A stretch of 60,620 nucleotides of DNA, filler included. It is 4 parts of 4 records of this genome, joined end to end, with 100 filler letters (N's around TTAATTAATTAA, not from the genome) between each part and the next. Parts side by side here need not be neighbours in the genome. Positions count along the whole stretch, not along the records: positions 19,476 to 35,243 come from SRR31156797_13266; 3 more parts are not named here. One strand, 5' to 3'. This document shows positions 21,556-30,923 of this stretch, in pieces. Positions within the stretch are counted from its first letter, which is position 1. Every line of letters starts with the position of its first letter. The notes below the pieces were generated by a model. It worked only from the letters and a program-made list of their open reading frames with translations, searched no databases and was not told where the DNA came from. A program made the translations under genes and the position numbers.

Positions 21556-22809
21556 ATGAGCAGAATGAAAACCCTATGGATTCTGATCGCTATGGCGACG
21601 GCCCTCTCGCCCCTGTGGGCTATGGGAAAGCAGGAGGCCCAAGACACGGCATCGGCCGAGCGGCGTTCGGCGGATTGGCTGACATCAGAGTGGAGTGAGA
21701 TAGAGCAGGCGGCGGCCGGCACGACCGTGACCTTCTATATGTGGGGCGGCAGCGCCGCCATCAACAGCTGGATAGACAATACGGTCGCTCCCGCTCTGGA
21801 AGAGACCTACGACCTTAAGCTGAAGCGGGTCCCCATGGACGCCTCGGTCTTCGTGAACCAGCTTCTGGCGGAAAAGGCGGCTGGAAAGGACAAGGGAAGC
21901 ATCGACCTGGTCTGGATCAACGGAGAAAACTTCAGACGCTCCAGGGACGAGGGGCTTCTCTACGGCTCCTTCGCCGAAAGGCTTCCCCACTACGCCCTTG
22001 TGGATCCCGAATCCGTAGCCTATGACTTCGGAACCCCCGTAGAGGGCTGGGAGGTCCCTTACGGCCGCGCCCAGTTCGTCCTGGAGTACGACAGCGCCCG
22101 CACCCCCGATCCCCCCCGCAGCTTTAGGGAACTCCTGAGCTGGGCTGAGAAGAACCCGGGTCGCTTCACCTATCCCCAGCCTCCCGACTTCACGGGCAGC
22201 GCCTTCCTCCGCCAGGCCCTCTACGCCGCGGGAGGGGGAGTGGAGAACTTCACAGCGCCCTTCGACAGGGATCTGTTCAAACAGAAGGCCTCCCCCCTCT
22301 GGGCCTATCTGAACCGGCTGAAGCCCTACCTCTGGGAGAGGGGGGAAACCTACCCCGCCGACAAGGCCAGGCTGGACGGACTCTTCGAGCAGGGAGAGGT
22401 AGACTTCAATATGACCTATACCCAGGCGGAAGCCTCGGGGAGGATAGCCGACGGGCGCTACCCCGATACGGTCAGGACCCTGGTGTTCGAAGAGGGCTCC
22501 ATCTCCAACACCCACTTCACCAGCATCCCCTGGAACGCGCCCAACGTCCCCGGCGCCATGGTCCTGGCGAACTACCTGCTCTCGCCGGAGGCCCAGTACT
22601 CCAAGAACATCCCCGGCAACTGGGGAGACTTCACGGTCCTGGATATGGAGAGGCTCGATCCCGAGTGGAGGCAGAGATTCGCCGGACTGGATCTGGGCGC
22701 CGCCACACTGCCCCTGGAAGAGCTGAGCGGCAGGGCCGTTCCCGAGATCAGCCCGGACTATGTGGAGGCCATAGAGGATCTCTGGATACGGGAGGTCCTC
22801 GAGAAATGA
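21556..22809 (+). CDS. ynjB: ABC substrate-binding protein, YnjB family
   Basis: FYMWGG, GSIDLVWINGENF, GRFTYPQPPDFTGSAF and ANYLLSPEAQ; spirochaete-style leader; exact start uncertain (21541-21565). Confidence 0.8.
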   Translation: MSRMKTLWILIAMATALSPLWAMGKQEAQDTASAERRSADWLTSEWSEIEQAAAGTTVTFYMWGGSAAINSWIDNTVAPALEETYDLKLKRVPMDASVFVNQLLAEKAAGKDKGSIDLVWINGENFRRSRDEGLLYGSFAERLPHYALVDPESVAYDFGTPVEGWEVPYGRAQFVLEYDSARTPDPPRSFRELLSWAEKNPGRFTYPQPPDFTGSAFLRQALYAAGGGVENFTAPFDRDLFKQKASPLWAYLNRLKPYLWERGETYPADKARLDGLFEQGEVDFNMTYTQAEASGRIADGRYPDTVRTLVFEEGSISNTHFTSIPWNAPNVPGAMVLANYLLSPEAQYSKNIPGNWGDFTVLDMERLDPEWRQRFAGLDLGAATLPLEELSGRAVPEISPDYVEAIEDLWIREVLEK

Positions 22810-23663
22810 AGCGCCCTGTCCTGATGCTCCATCTGCTTCCCCTGGCCCTGCCCTACCTCCTCTTTCTCGGTGGAGGTCTGATCTATACCCTGTTTCACTC
22901 TCTGGGCGTCGGAGCCGTGGCGGAGTACGAAGGAGCGGGACTGGACGCCTACAGGGAGCTTCTGGGGGATCCCCTGTTCCTCAGAAACGCCCTCTTCTCC
23001 CTCAAGATCGCCCTCCGCTCCGCCGTTGGGGCCCTGTTCCTGGGCAGCCTGCTGGCATTCGGGATATGGCGGCTGCCGTCGAAGGTCCGCCCCCTGGCCG
23101 AGATCTACAGGCTCCCGCTGATCCTTCCCCACATCACCGTGGCCTTCCTCATCCTCTTCCTCTTCTCCCGGAGAGGCTGGGTTCCGGCCCTGTTCCAGGG
23201 CATGGGCTTCTCGGCCCAGAGCCCGGGGGGGATCATCAACAACCCCGCGGGAACGGCCATGGTGCTGGCCTATATTTACAAAGAGATCCCCTTCGTCATC
23301 CTGATGGAACTGGCGGTTCTCCAGACCATCCCGGAGGATATGATCGCCACGGCCCGCCAGCTGGGCGCGGGGAACGGGCAGATCTACAGGAGCATCGTCC
23401 TTCCCCAGCTCTATCCCGTGATGAACACCCTGTTCGTCATACTGCTTCTCTATACCTTCGGTGCCTTCGACATCCCCTTTCTCCTGGGGACCTCCCGCCC
23501 GTCCATGCTGAGCATCGACATCTACCGCCTCTACTTCGAGAGGGATCTCGTCCACCGTCCCCTGGTGATGGCCCGGCTCGTCCTGATGTTCGCCTTCTCC
23601 CTGCTTGTCCTGACGGCCTCGGGAGCCCTTTCCCGCCGCTTCCGGAAAGGAGGACGCCCGTGA
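22806..23663 (+). CDS. ABC permease (YnjC N-half-like)
   Basis: Six hydrophobic segments, KEIPF and ARQLGA EAA-like loop; ATGA overlap with the upstream stop. Confidence 0.85.
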   Translation: MKRPVLMLHLLPLALPYLLFLGGGLIYTLFHSLGVGAVAEYEGAGLDAYRELLGDPLFLRNALFSLKIALRSAVGALFLGSLLAFGIWRLPSKVRPLAEIYRLPLILPHITVAFLILFLFSRRGWVPALFQGMGFSAQSPGGIINNPAGTAMVLAYIYKEIPFVILMELAVLQTIPEDMIATARQLGAGNGQIYRSIVLPQLYPVMNTLFVILLLYTFGAFDIPFLLGTSRPSMLSIDIYRLYFERDLVHRPLVMARLVLMFAFSLLVLTASGALSRRFRKGGRP

Positions 23664-24454
23664 GATACGCATCCCGCTTCATCGTCACGGCCCTGCTGAC
23701 CGTCCTGTTCGTCCTCCCCCTCCTCCTTCTGGGGATGCTGGCCCTGGCCTCCCGATGGAGCTATCCCGCCCTTCTGCCCGAGTCCCTCAGCCTCAGGAGC
23801 CTGAACTTTATCATCCGCCAGAGCCCGGGCTTCGGAGAGGCCCTGCTGAGCAGCCTGACCTACTCCCTGGCCGCAGCGTTTCTGGCCTTCTGCCTCTGCC
23901 TCCTGCCCGCCCGGGCCCTGGGGAGGGAGAGCTTCCGGCTGAAGGGGCTGACGGAGGCCCTGTTTCTGTCCCCCATCCTGCTCCCCGTGATGACCTTCAG
24001 CATGGGGCTCCACATCATCTTTCTCCGCATGGGCCTGAGCGGCAGCCGCCTGGGGGTGATACTGGTTCTTGTCCTCTACAACGCCCCCTATATGCTGAGG
24101 GCCCTGACAGAGGGGTACAGGCAGATCCCCCGGGAGCTGAGCCAGACCGCCGCCAACCTGGGAGCCGGCCTGCTCCGCACCCTGGCTTCCGTCGAGATCC
24201 CCGGGCTGCTTCCGGCCCTGTCCGCGGGATTCCCCATCCTCTTTCTTACGGCCTTCAGCGAGTACTTTCTGGTTTTTCTGATCGGAGGGGGCGCCGTTCC
24301 CTCCCTCACGGGCTACCTCTACCCCTTTATCAGGGGCTCAGACTACCCCGTATCCTCGCTGCTGGTGCTGATCTTTCTGCTGCTGCCCGTCCTTCTCTTT
24401 CTCCTTCAGGAGGGGCTGCTGCGCCGCATCTACAGAACAAGGAGCATCTCATGA
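23660..24454 (+). CDS. ABC permease (YnjC C-half-like)
   Basis: WSYPALLP and AANLGA EAA-like loop; GTGA overlap; AGGAGG RBS. Confidence 0.85.
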   Translation: MRYASRFIVTALLTVLFVLPLLLLGMLALASRWSYPALLPESLSLRSLNFIIRQSPGFGEALLSSLTYSLAAAFLAFCLCLLPARALGRESFRLKGLTEALFLSPILLPVMTFSMGLHIIFLRMGLSGSRLGVILVLVLYNAPYMLRALTEGYRQIPRELSQTAANLGAGLLRTLASVEIPGLLPALSAGFPILFLTAFSEYFLVFLIGGGAVPSLTGYLYPFIRGSDYPVSSLLVLIFLLLPVLLFLLQEGLLRRIYRTRSIS

Positions 24455-25137
24455 AAAAAATCATAATCCGCCTGCTTCTGCTTGTCGCTATCGTGGGGGG
24501 CATGGCCCTTCTGTTCCGCTTCACCCCTCTGGGAGAGCGGGTTGACCTCTCGCGGATCGGAGAGCAGAAGGACAGCCTTCTGCTTCTGGTGAAGGAGCAT
24601 TACGCAGGCTTCGTCATCGTTTTCATCCTCGTCTACATAGCCGTGGTGGCCCTCTCCATACCGGGAGCGACCATCCTCTCCCTCTCAGGGGGATTCTTCT
24701 TCGGCCCCTGGTTGGCCACGCTCTATATCAACATAGGAGCAAGCTCCGGAGCCTTCCTCATCTTCCTGATCGCCAGACAGCTTCTGGGGAATAAGGTGCA
24801 GGAGCAATACGCCGAACAACTGGATCGATTCAACAGGGATATGAAGGCAAACGGAAGCAACTACCTCCTCACCCTGAGGCTCATCCCCGTCTTCCCCTTC
24901 TTCCTGATCAACCTGCTGGCCGGCGTCAGCGCCGTCCGCCCCCGGACCTTCCTGTGGACCACATCCCTGGGGATCCTGCCGGGCTCCTTCGTATTCGCCT
25001 GGCTCGGCCATGCGGGGGCCAGCCTGAGCCCCGGAGAGACCCGTTTCCCCTCCGAAGCGCTGATAGCCCTGATCCTGCTGGGCCTCTCCAGCCTGATCCC
25101 CGTTCTGATACGGAAACGGAAAGGAGCGAGATCATGA
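24451..25137 (+). CDS. TVP38/TMEM64 (DedA superfamily) membrane protein
   Basis: ALSIPGATILSLSGGFFFG and LRLIPVFPFFLINL; ATGA overlap. Confidence 0.9.
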   Translation: MKKIIIRLLLLVAIVGGMALLFRFTPLGERVDLSRIGEQKDSLLLLVKEHYAGFVIVFILVYIAVVALSIPGATILSLSGGFFFGPWLATLYINIGASSGAFLIFLIARQLLGNKVQEQYAEQLDRFNRDMKANGSNYLLTLRLIPVFPFFLINLLAGVSAVRPRTFLWTTSLGILPGSFVFAWLGHAGASLSPGETRFPSEALIALILLGLSSLIPVLIRKRKGARS

Positions 25138-26573
25138 AACACAGCCATGACGTCATTATCCTGGGAGGGGGCGCCGCCGGTCTGACCGCCGCGTCAGGCA
25201 TGGCCCAGCTGGGGATGAAGGTCGCCCTGGCGGAGAGCTCCCATATGGGAGGAGACTGCCTCCACTTCGGCTGCGTCCCCAGCAAATCCCTCCTCAAGGC
25301 GGCCCGGGTGAGGGAGCTGAGCCGCCGCTCCTCCGATTTCGGCCTGCCGTCCCCCGAGCTCCCGGAACCGGAGGCCGATTCTCTGAACAAGAGGATAGCC
25401 GGAGTGATATCGGGGCTTCGGGAACACGACTCTCCCGAGCGCTTCAAAGGGCTCGGATGCGATGTGTTCCTTCAGGCGGGACGCTTTCGCAGCGACCATG
25501 AGATAGAGCTGGAAGACGGCAGCCTGATCGGCGCCGGGAATATCATCGTCTCCACCGGGAGCAGCCCCCGCATCCCTCCCATACCGGGACTGTCAGAAGC
25601 CTCGCCCCTGACCAACAGAGACATCTTCAGCCTGGAGACCCTTCCGAAGCGCCTGACCGTTCTGGGCGCCGGCCCCATCGGCGTGGAGATGAGCCAGGCC
25701 TTCGGCAGGCTGGGCGTAGAGATTACGCTGGTGGACGGGGCTCCCCAGATCCTCCCGAGGGAGGATGAGGATATGAGCGCAGTCATCGCGGACGAGCTGC
25801 GCCGGGAGGGCGTTAGGCTGCGGCTCGGTGTAAAGATCAGTGGAGTCAGGCGGAACGGGGACGACAGGATCGTCAGCATTGAGTCTTCATCGGGCAGCGA
25901 AGACCTTGTGTCGGACCATATACTGGCCGCCCTGGGGCGGCAGGGGAACACGGAGGAGCTGAACCTGGAGGCCGCCGGGCTTGCTCCCGAGAGGAGCTTC
26001 CTTCCTGTGGACCGGAAGCTCAGGACCGCAAGAAAGCATATAATGGCCCTGGGAGATGTGAACGGCAGCTACCTCTTCACCCATACCGCCGGAGCGGAGG
26101 GCTCCTTCGCCGTGCGCCGTCTGGGGCTGAAGCTTCCGGGAAGCTTCAGCTACCGGAACACCCCCTGGTCCACCTACTGCGATCCCGAGCTGGCGTCGGT
26201 GGGATACAATGAGAAACGGGCCCGGGAGGCGGGAATCCCCTACCAGACGCACAGCCTGCCCTTCGGAGAGCTGGACAGGGCCCGGGCCGAGGGAGAGGGG
26301 CGGGGCGCCATGAAGGTCCTGACCGGCAAACGGGACAGGGTCATAGGCGTCCAGATCGCCGCCCTCCACGGAGGAGACCTCCTCCTTCCCGCGATCTATG
26401 CGGTCAGGGAAGGCTGGAAACTGTCCGCCTTCCTCGCTCCCGTGGTCCCCTACCCCAGCCATGGAGAGATCTATAAAAAGCTGGCGGGAAATGTCATGGG
26501 GCCGCGTCTGTTCAACCCCAGAACCCGCAGCATACTGCGCGCCCTGTACGGATACAGAGGAAGGAGGGATTAG
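25134..26573 (+). CDS. class I pyridine nucleotide-disulfide oxidoreductase (MerA/LpdA-like)
   Basis: GGGAAG FAD motif, GGDCLHFGCVPSK redox disulfide and GAGPIG NAD(P) motif. Confidence 0.9.
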   Translation: MKHSHDVIILGGGAAGLTAASGMAQLGMKVALAESSHMGGDCLHFGCVPSKSLLKAARVRELSRRSSDFGLPSPELPEPEADSLNKRIAGVISGLREHDSPERFKGLGCDVFLQAGRFRSDHEIELEDGSLIGAGNIIVSTGSSPRIPPIPGLSEASPLTNRDIFSLETLPKRLTVLGAGPIGVEMSQAFGRLGVEITLVDGAPQILPREDEDMSAVIADELRREGVRLRLGVKISGVRRNGDDRIVSIESSSGSEDLVSDHILAALGRQGNTEELNLEAAGLAPERSFLPVDRKLRTARKHIMALGDVNGSYLFTHTAGAEGSFAVRRLGLKLPGSFSYRNTPWSTYCDPELASVGYNEKRAREAGIPYQTHSLPFGELDRARAEGEGRGAMKVLTGKRDRVIGVQIAALHGGDLLLPAIYAVREGWKLSAFLAPVVPYPSHGEIYKKLAGNVMGPRLFNPRTRSILRALYGYRGRRD

Positions 26574-26576
26574 ATC

Positions 26577-27188
26577 ATGATGGACGGACTGACCAGACGG
26601 GCCAAAGAGGCGATCCTGATCCCCGTCGCCCGGGGAATGGGAAAGGTTATGACACCCAACGGGGTGACCCTTCTCTCCCTGTTCCTGGGGCTGGCGGCCT
26701 GCCCCTTCGTCCTGGTCCGCAAGCCTGGCTGGGCCCTTCTCTTCTGGGCCCTCAACCGGATCACCGACGGCCTGGACGGCACGGTCGCCCGGATCAGCGG
26801 CAGGCAGAGCGATTTCGGGGCCTACCTGGACATCATGGTCGACTTCCTGATCTACGCCGCCCTCCCCCTCTGCCTTACCCTGGCCTATCCGACCGCCCTG
26901 CTTTGGCCCGCCCTGGGGCTTATGCTGGGGCTCTTCTATATCAACGGGGCCTCCTGGATGTACCTGTCGGCCCTTCTGGAGAAGAACAGGGCGGGGGCCT
27001 CCTCCTCAGGGGAAATGACCTCGGTCACCATGCCCTCCTCACTGATAGAAGGGACGGAGACCATAATACTCTACACCCTCTTTCTGATCTTTCCGGATTC
27101 CCTGGCCCTCCTCTTCTCACTGATGAGCCTTCTCCTTGTTCCCGGAATCGTCTACCGCCTGTTCTGGGCCCGGAAACACCTGAACTGA
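26577..27188 (+). CDS. CDP-alcohol phosphatidyltransferase family protein (YnjF-like)
   Basis: TPNGVT, DGLDGTVAR...GAYLDIMVD and IEGTETI. Confidence 0.9.
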   Translation: MMDGLTRRAKEAILIPVARGMGKVMTPNGVTLLSLFLGLAACPFVLVRKPGWALLFWALNRITDGLDGTVARISGRQSDFGAYLDIMVDFLIYAALPLCLTLAYPTALLWPALGLMLGLFYINGASWMYLSALLEKNRAGASSSGEMTSVTMPSSLIEGTETIILYTLFLIFPDSLALLFSLMSLLLVPGIVYRLFWARKHLN

Positions 27189-27252
27189 CAGAATCCGAAT
27201 AGAAAGGCCCCATGAGCAGGCTGAGATATTCCATTGTGACAGAGATCCTCTA

Positions 27253-27312
27253 TTGACATTATAATCCATGGACTATATTTTATATTCCATGGATTATTAT
27301 CCCGTGGAATAT
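27253..27312 (+). promoter_or_regulatory. sigma70 promoter covered by three TCCATGGA-type palindromes (probable MarR operators)
   Basis: TTGACA at 27253; ATAATCCATGGACTAT, ATATTCCATGGATTAT and TTATCCCGTGGAATAT. Confidence 0.65.
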
Positions 27313-27330
27313 TCATACAGGAGATGCGAT

Positions 27331-28170
27331 ATGATTGAAAAACAGAGGGTACATCTGATCTACTTCAGCCCGGGGGGGACCACCAGGACAAGCGTGAGGA
27401 CCATCGCCGAGGGTATGGGGGATGTGAAAATTGTCGAGCATGACATGCTTAAGGCGGAAAACCGGAAGAAAAAGCTCAAATTCGGCAGGGATGACCTCGT
27501 CGTCTTCGGCATGATGACCGCCACGACCATGTTCGGCCCGGTCAAAGAGATCCTGAGCTGCCTGCGGGGAAACGGCACGCCCCTGGTCGGCATCGTCATG
27601 TTCGGCAACGGCTACTACGGAAGTTCCCTGAGGGCCATGAAGAGCCTGACCGAGAAGAGAGGCTTCCGCTTCGTCGCCGGCGGCGCCTTCATCGGCCAGT
27701 CCAGCTTCCGCCCCGATATCGCAGCCGGCCGCCCGGATGACAAGGACAAAGAGATACAGCGTCGCTTCGGTCGGGAGATCTACGACAAGGTGGTGGTCCG
27801 AAGCGATTACTGCTTCAAAACAAGACTGAAGATCCACTGGGCCAGCGACAATCGCTTTGCCAGCTTCAAATGCGCCGTAGTATCGATCCTGCCGGCGAAT
27901 CAGAATTTCCGGCTTCCCAGGATCCTCAATACCATAGAGTTTACAGACAAGTGCATAGCTTGCGGAAAATGCAGCCGCCACTGTCCCGTCGGAGCCATCG
28001 ATCACAGGACGAAGACCATCGACTACGAGCTCTGTCTGGGTTGCGCCGGCTGTGTGAACACCTGCCCGTCAGGAGGATTGGAACTCAGGAATCCGAATCT
28101 GATAAAGATGATGAACGGCCTGGCTGTAACGAGACGGGACAGAAAGGAGCCCGTCCTCTTTCTGAACTAG
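27331..28170 (+). CDS. flavodoxin-fold / 2x[4Fe-4S] protein (EFR1-family ferredoxin)
   Basis: YFSPGGTT flavodoxin-like start and two CxxCxxCxxxCP motifs; AGGAG RBS before ATG 27331. Confidence 0.85.
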   Translation: MIEKQRVHLIYFSPGGTTRTSVRTIAEGMGDVKIVEHDMLKAENRKKKLKFGRDDLVVFGMMTATTMFGPVKEILSCLRGNGTPLVGIVMFGNGYYGSSLRAMKSLTEKRGFRFVAGGAFIGQSSFRPDIAAGRPDDKDKEIQRRFGREIYDKVVVRSDYCFKTRLKIHWASDNRFASFKCAVVSILPANQNFRLPRILNTIEFTDKCIACGKCSRHCPVGAIDHRTKTIDYELCLGCAGCVNTCPSGGLELRNPNLIKMMNGLAVTRRDRKEPVLFLN

Positions 28171-28291
28171 AACCGATGGGAGAGGAGGATGCCCATGGCT
28201 CCCGATGCCCTGCGGTTGTAATCCAAAGCGGATCAGGAAGGGTGACACCATCGTATAGCCACAACCCCGAATTCGGATATAATGAAGCCCT

Positions 28292-28723
28292 ATGGCACAT
28301 AAAGATCTGGTAATCAAAGCGGACTATCCCATCGAGCAGAAGAATGTCGTCCTGATCAGCTGTATCGCCCAGGAGATCGCGGCGGAGATGAACAGAAAAC
28401 TCCAGCCCTTCGGGATATCCTCTCTGCAGCTGAGCATGCTCCACGCCCTGAGCAAGTCGCCCGAAGGGAAGCTGACGGTCAATCAGATCAAGGCCGTGCT
28501 GGTGGAAGAGAGTCCCAATGTCTCCCGGGCCCTGAACAAGCTTATGGACCGCGATCTGATCAGAAAGGAGAGGGACAGCGAAGACCAGAGGGTTGTCCAT
28601 ATCCTGCTGACCGAAGAAGGGCGGCGGATGCATAGCGATGCGGACCTGAGGCTGGCGGGCAAGGGGCTCCCCCTGACGGAGGAGGAGAACAGACAGCTCT
28701 ACCAACTCCTTATTAAGATTTGA
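28292..28723 (+). CDS. MarR family transcriptional regulator
   Basis: NVSRALNKL...RDSEDQRVVHILLTEEG. Confidence 0.92.
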   Translation: MAHKDLVIKADYPIEQKNVVLISCIAQEIAAEMNRKLQPFGISSLQLSMLHALSKSPEGKLTVNQIKAVLVEESPNVSRALNKLMDRDLIRKERDSEDQRVVHILLTEEGRRMHSDADLRLAGKGLPLTEEENRQLYQLLIKI

Positions 28724-28774
28724 CCCCCCCTCCGACGGACGCCCGGGCGTCAGCTCGGCAAGGCAAAGGCCTCC

Positions 28775-30115
28775 CTAGAAATAATAACTCATGCTCATAC
28801 TGAAGCTGTGCTTCACCGGGGAAAGGAAGCTCTCCCCCTTCTCATCGTCGTCCCAGGAGCTTAGGGCGCTGTAGCGGAGCTCAGCCGTCAGGCTGCCGTC
28901 GGCATCCAGATTGAACTCAGCCGAGGGCGTGACGACGAGGGAGGCCGAGTCGGGGGAGCTGATCATGTTGATGTTGAAACTGCAGTCCTTTTCATACCAG
29001 GGGATCCCGATATTCAAGAGGATGTAGTGCTTCGCAAAGTACAGAGGCGTATACAGGGCCGTGTAGGAGATGAGATGACTCGGGTCATCGGCCTTAAGAG
29101 CGGAAGCATAATCCCGTCTCTCTCCATCGCTCCAGCCCTCGCCGTTGTAGAAGTACTCCAGGGCGCCGCTGATCCCGGAGGCGAAATAATACTCTGCCCC
29201 CGCAAGCCCTGAAAAGACGGGGCCGTCCTCCCGTTCCGACTTCCCGCCGTCGGGATCGGGACTGTTCCGCCGGGATCGGCTGCGCAGGACCGATTCGCCG
29301 TAGAGCCCGATGCCGAGGAGATCCAGGTAGAGGGCGGCCGCCGCGGCGTGGGGATAGGCGTCCGCCGGATCCGAGTCCTTCTCCTCCCCGCCGTAGAGTC
29401 CCATCAGCTTGATCTCCAGGGCGGGCATCTGAAGGGTCGCCTCGGCGCCGGCGAGGACCTCGCCGTAGCCCCAGGAGTCCCCTTCGGAGGGAAGGATGCC
29501 GTAGAGCTTCAGGTCCAGCCACGGAAGGATGCTGTTCCTGTAGCTCAGCCCGTCCACTCCCTGCAGATAGGCGGCGGGATCGGTGGGATCCTTGGGAGGA
29601 TTGGCCAGATCCGAAGGATTCCAGCCGTAGCCGTAGCCGGTGAGGAAACTCTGCCTCCCGGCGGTGATGCGAACGCCGTCATCAGGCATCCATGAGACGC
29701 CGGCCCTCATGATATCCGCCGTGTAGACGTAGGCTCCCGCCGCATGGCTCAGATCCGAGACGGCTCCGGTCGCCAGAGGATCGCCTCCCGACAGGAGGGC
29801 CGCCGTCCCGGTCATCAGGTCGCCAACGGGATACTGGGCCAGTTTGATCCAAAGGTCGAGGGCCGCGCTCTCGCCCGCTTCGTCCAGCTTGAGGTGTATC
29901 TCGTTACGGAACATCAGATCATCCAGTTCCATGCGGTTGTCCCGGTTCAGAGCGGACTCATAGTCATCCTCTCCCGGAACATGAAAGACCAGCTCGGGTG
30001 AGAGTTCTCCGCTGAACCGGGGCTCAGCAAGCAGGCGGACCGTCGGAATCAGGGTGAGGATAAAAAACAGGGAGGAAAGGATCAGAAAGAAAAAAAAGGA
30101 TCGGTCTTTTATCAT
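28775..30115 (-). CDS. putative outer-membrane beta-barrel protein
   Basis: Signal peptide, GRQSFLTGYGYGWNPSD, EYFYNG, alternating strands and a C-terminal aromatic SYYF. Confidence 0.65.
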   Translation of the reverse strand: MIKDRSFFFFLILSSLFFILTLIPTVRLLAEPRFSGELSPELVFHVPGEDDYESALNRDNRMELDDLMFRNEIHLKLDEAGESAALDLWIKLAQYPVGDLMTGTAALLSGGDPLATGAVSDLSHAAGAYVYTADIMRAGVSWMPDDGVRITAGRQSFLTGYGYGWNPSDLANPPKDPTDPAAYLQGVDGLSYRNSILPWLDLKLYGILPSEGDSWGYGEVLAGAEATLQMPALEIKLMGLYGGEEKDSDPADAYPHAAAAALYLDLLGIGLYGESVLRSRSRRNSPDPDGGKSEREDGPVFSGLAGAEYYFASGISGALEYFYNGEGWSDGERRDYASALKADDPSHLISYTALYTPLYFAKHYILLNIGIPWYEKDCSFNINMISSPDSASLVVTPSAEFNLDADGSLTAELRYSALSSWDDDEKGESFLSPVKHSFSMSMSYYF

Positions 30116-30140
30116 AGGGATGTCTCCTTGTCGGCACCGG

Positions 30141-30917
30141 TCAGCGGATGGATTCCAGATAGGCAGTGGAGAAGAAACGCTCCTCAACCTCGCCGCTTTG
30201 GTACTCCATGGACTCGGTCTCCATAAGGGACACGGACCTGCGGGTCAGGCTGGTCATGGTCACCTTGAAGGGGTAGTAAAGGTCTCCCACCGGTCTGTAA
30301 TCCTCCAGATCCATCAGCTTGATGGGAGCGCCCTTGTCATGGTACTCCACCCGGATGTAGCGCAGCTCATCCTCACTGATCCAGACCACCATCTTCTCAT
30401 AGTCCGCCCCTTTGCCATCGGGTTCCAGGATGAGGCGGTGGCAGGACCGTCCGCCTATCCTTTCCGTTCCGTCATAGACGGGCCTGTAATCTTCGCTGAA
30501 GCTCTCGCCCCCCTCCCCCATATCGGCGTAGGAGAAGTCGCTGCCCGCTGCCGAGTTCTTCCGGGCCGAGGAGCTGAGTTTCCTGACCCGCCCGGTCGAA
30601 GCGAAGCGGACCCACATATCGTCGCCCAGCATAAGATAGGCCGTGCCCGCCACGCGACGGGGTTCCCGGAACACCGTAAGGGAGCGGGCCCTGCCGTCGG
30701 GATCGTCCAGGGTATAGCCCTCCATCACCTGCGGAGCCTGGGCCCTGCCGTTTTTTACGACCGTCAGAGTGCTTCTGCTGTAGACGCCGTCCATCTCGAA
30801 AGCCTCATCGGCCTTGTCTATAATAGCCTGGGCGTCCTGCCTGTTCTGGGCCTCCAGCGCCTGAAGGCAGAACAGGACCAGAGCCGCCGTTATTAACAAT
30901 CTCGTCACATTCTTCAT
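30141..30917 (-). CDS. LolA-like outer-membrane lipoprotein-sorting protein (TP0789-like)
   Basis: Signal peptide, F.EP..VAGTAYL, RVRKLSS, GSDFSYADM and FSTAYL. Confidence 0.85.
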   Translation of the reverse strand: MKNVTRLLITAALVLFCLQALEAQNRQDAQAIIDKADEAFEMDGVYSRSTLTVVKNGRAQAPQVMEGYTLDDPDGRARSLTVFREPRRVAGTAYLMLGDDMWVRFASTGRVRKLSSSARKNSAAGSDFSYADMGEGGESFSEDYRPVYDGTERIGGRSCHRLILEPDGKGADYEKMVVWISEDELRYIRVEYHDKGAPIKLMDLEDYRPVGDLYYPFKVTMTSLTRRSVSLMETESMEYQSGEVEERFFSTAYLESIR

Positions 30918-30923
30918 ATCCAA

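Noticed and set aside
22665-26573. Long N-terminal extensions of ORFs starting at 22665, 23066, 23755 and 24954
   Set aside because: Open frames caused by high GC. The real starts (22806, 23660, 24451, 25134) have RBSs and overlap the upstream stop codons.
25134-26573. Mercury resistance (merA) call
   Set aside because: No C-terminal Cys-Cys, no NmerA domain and no merR/T/P genes nearby.
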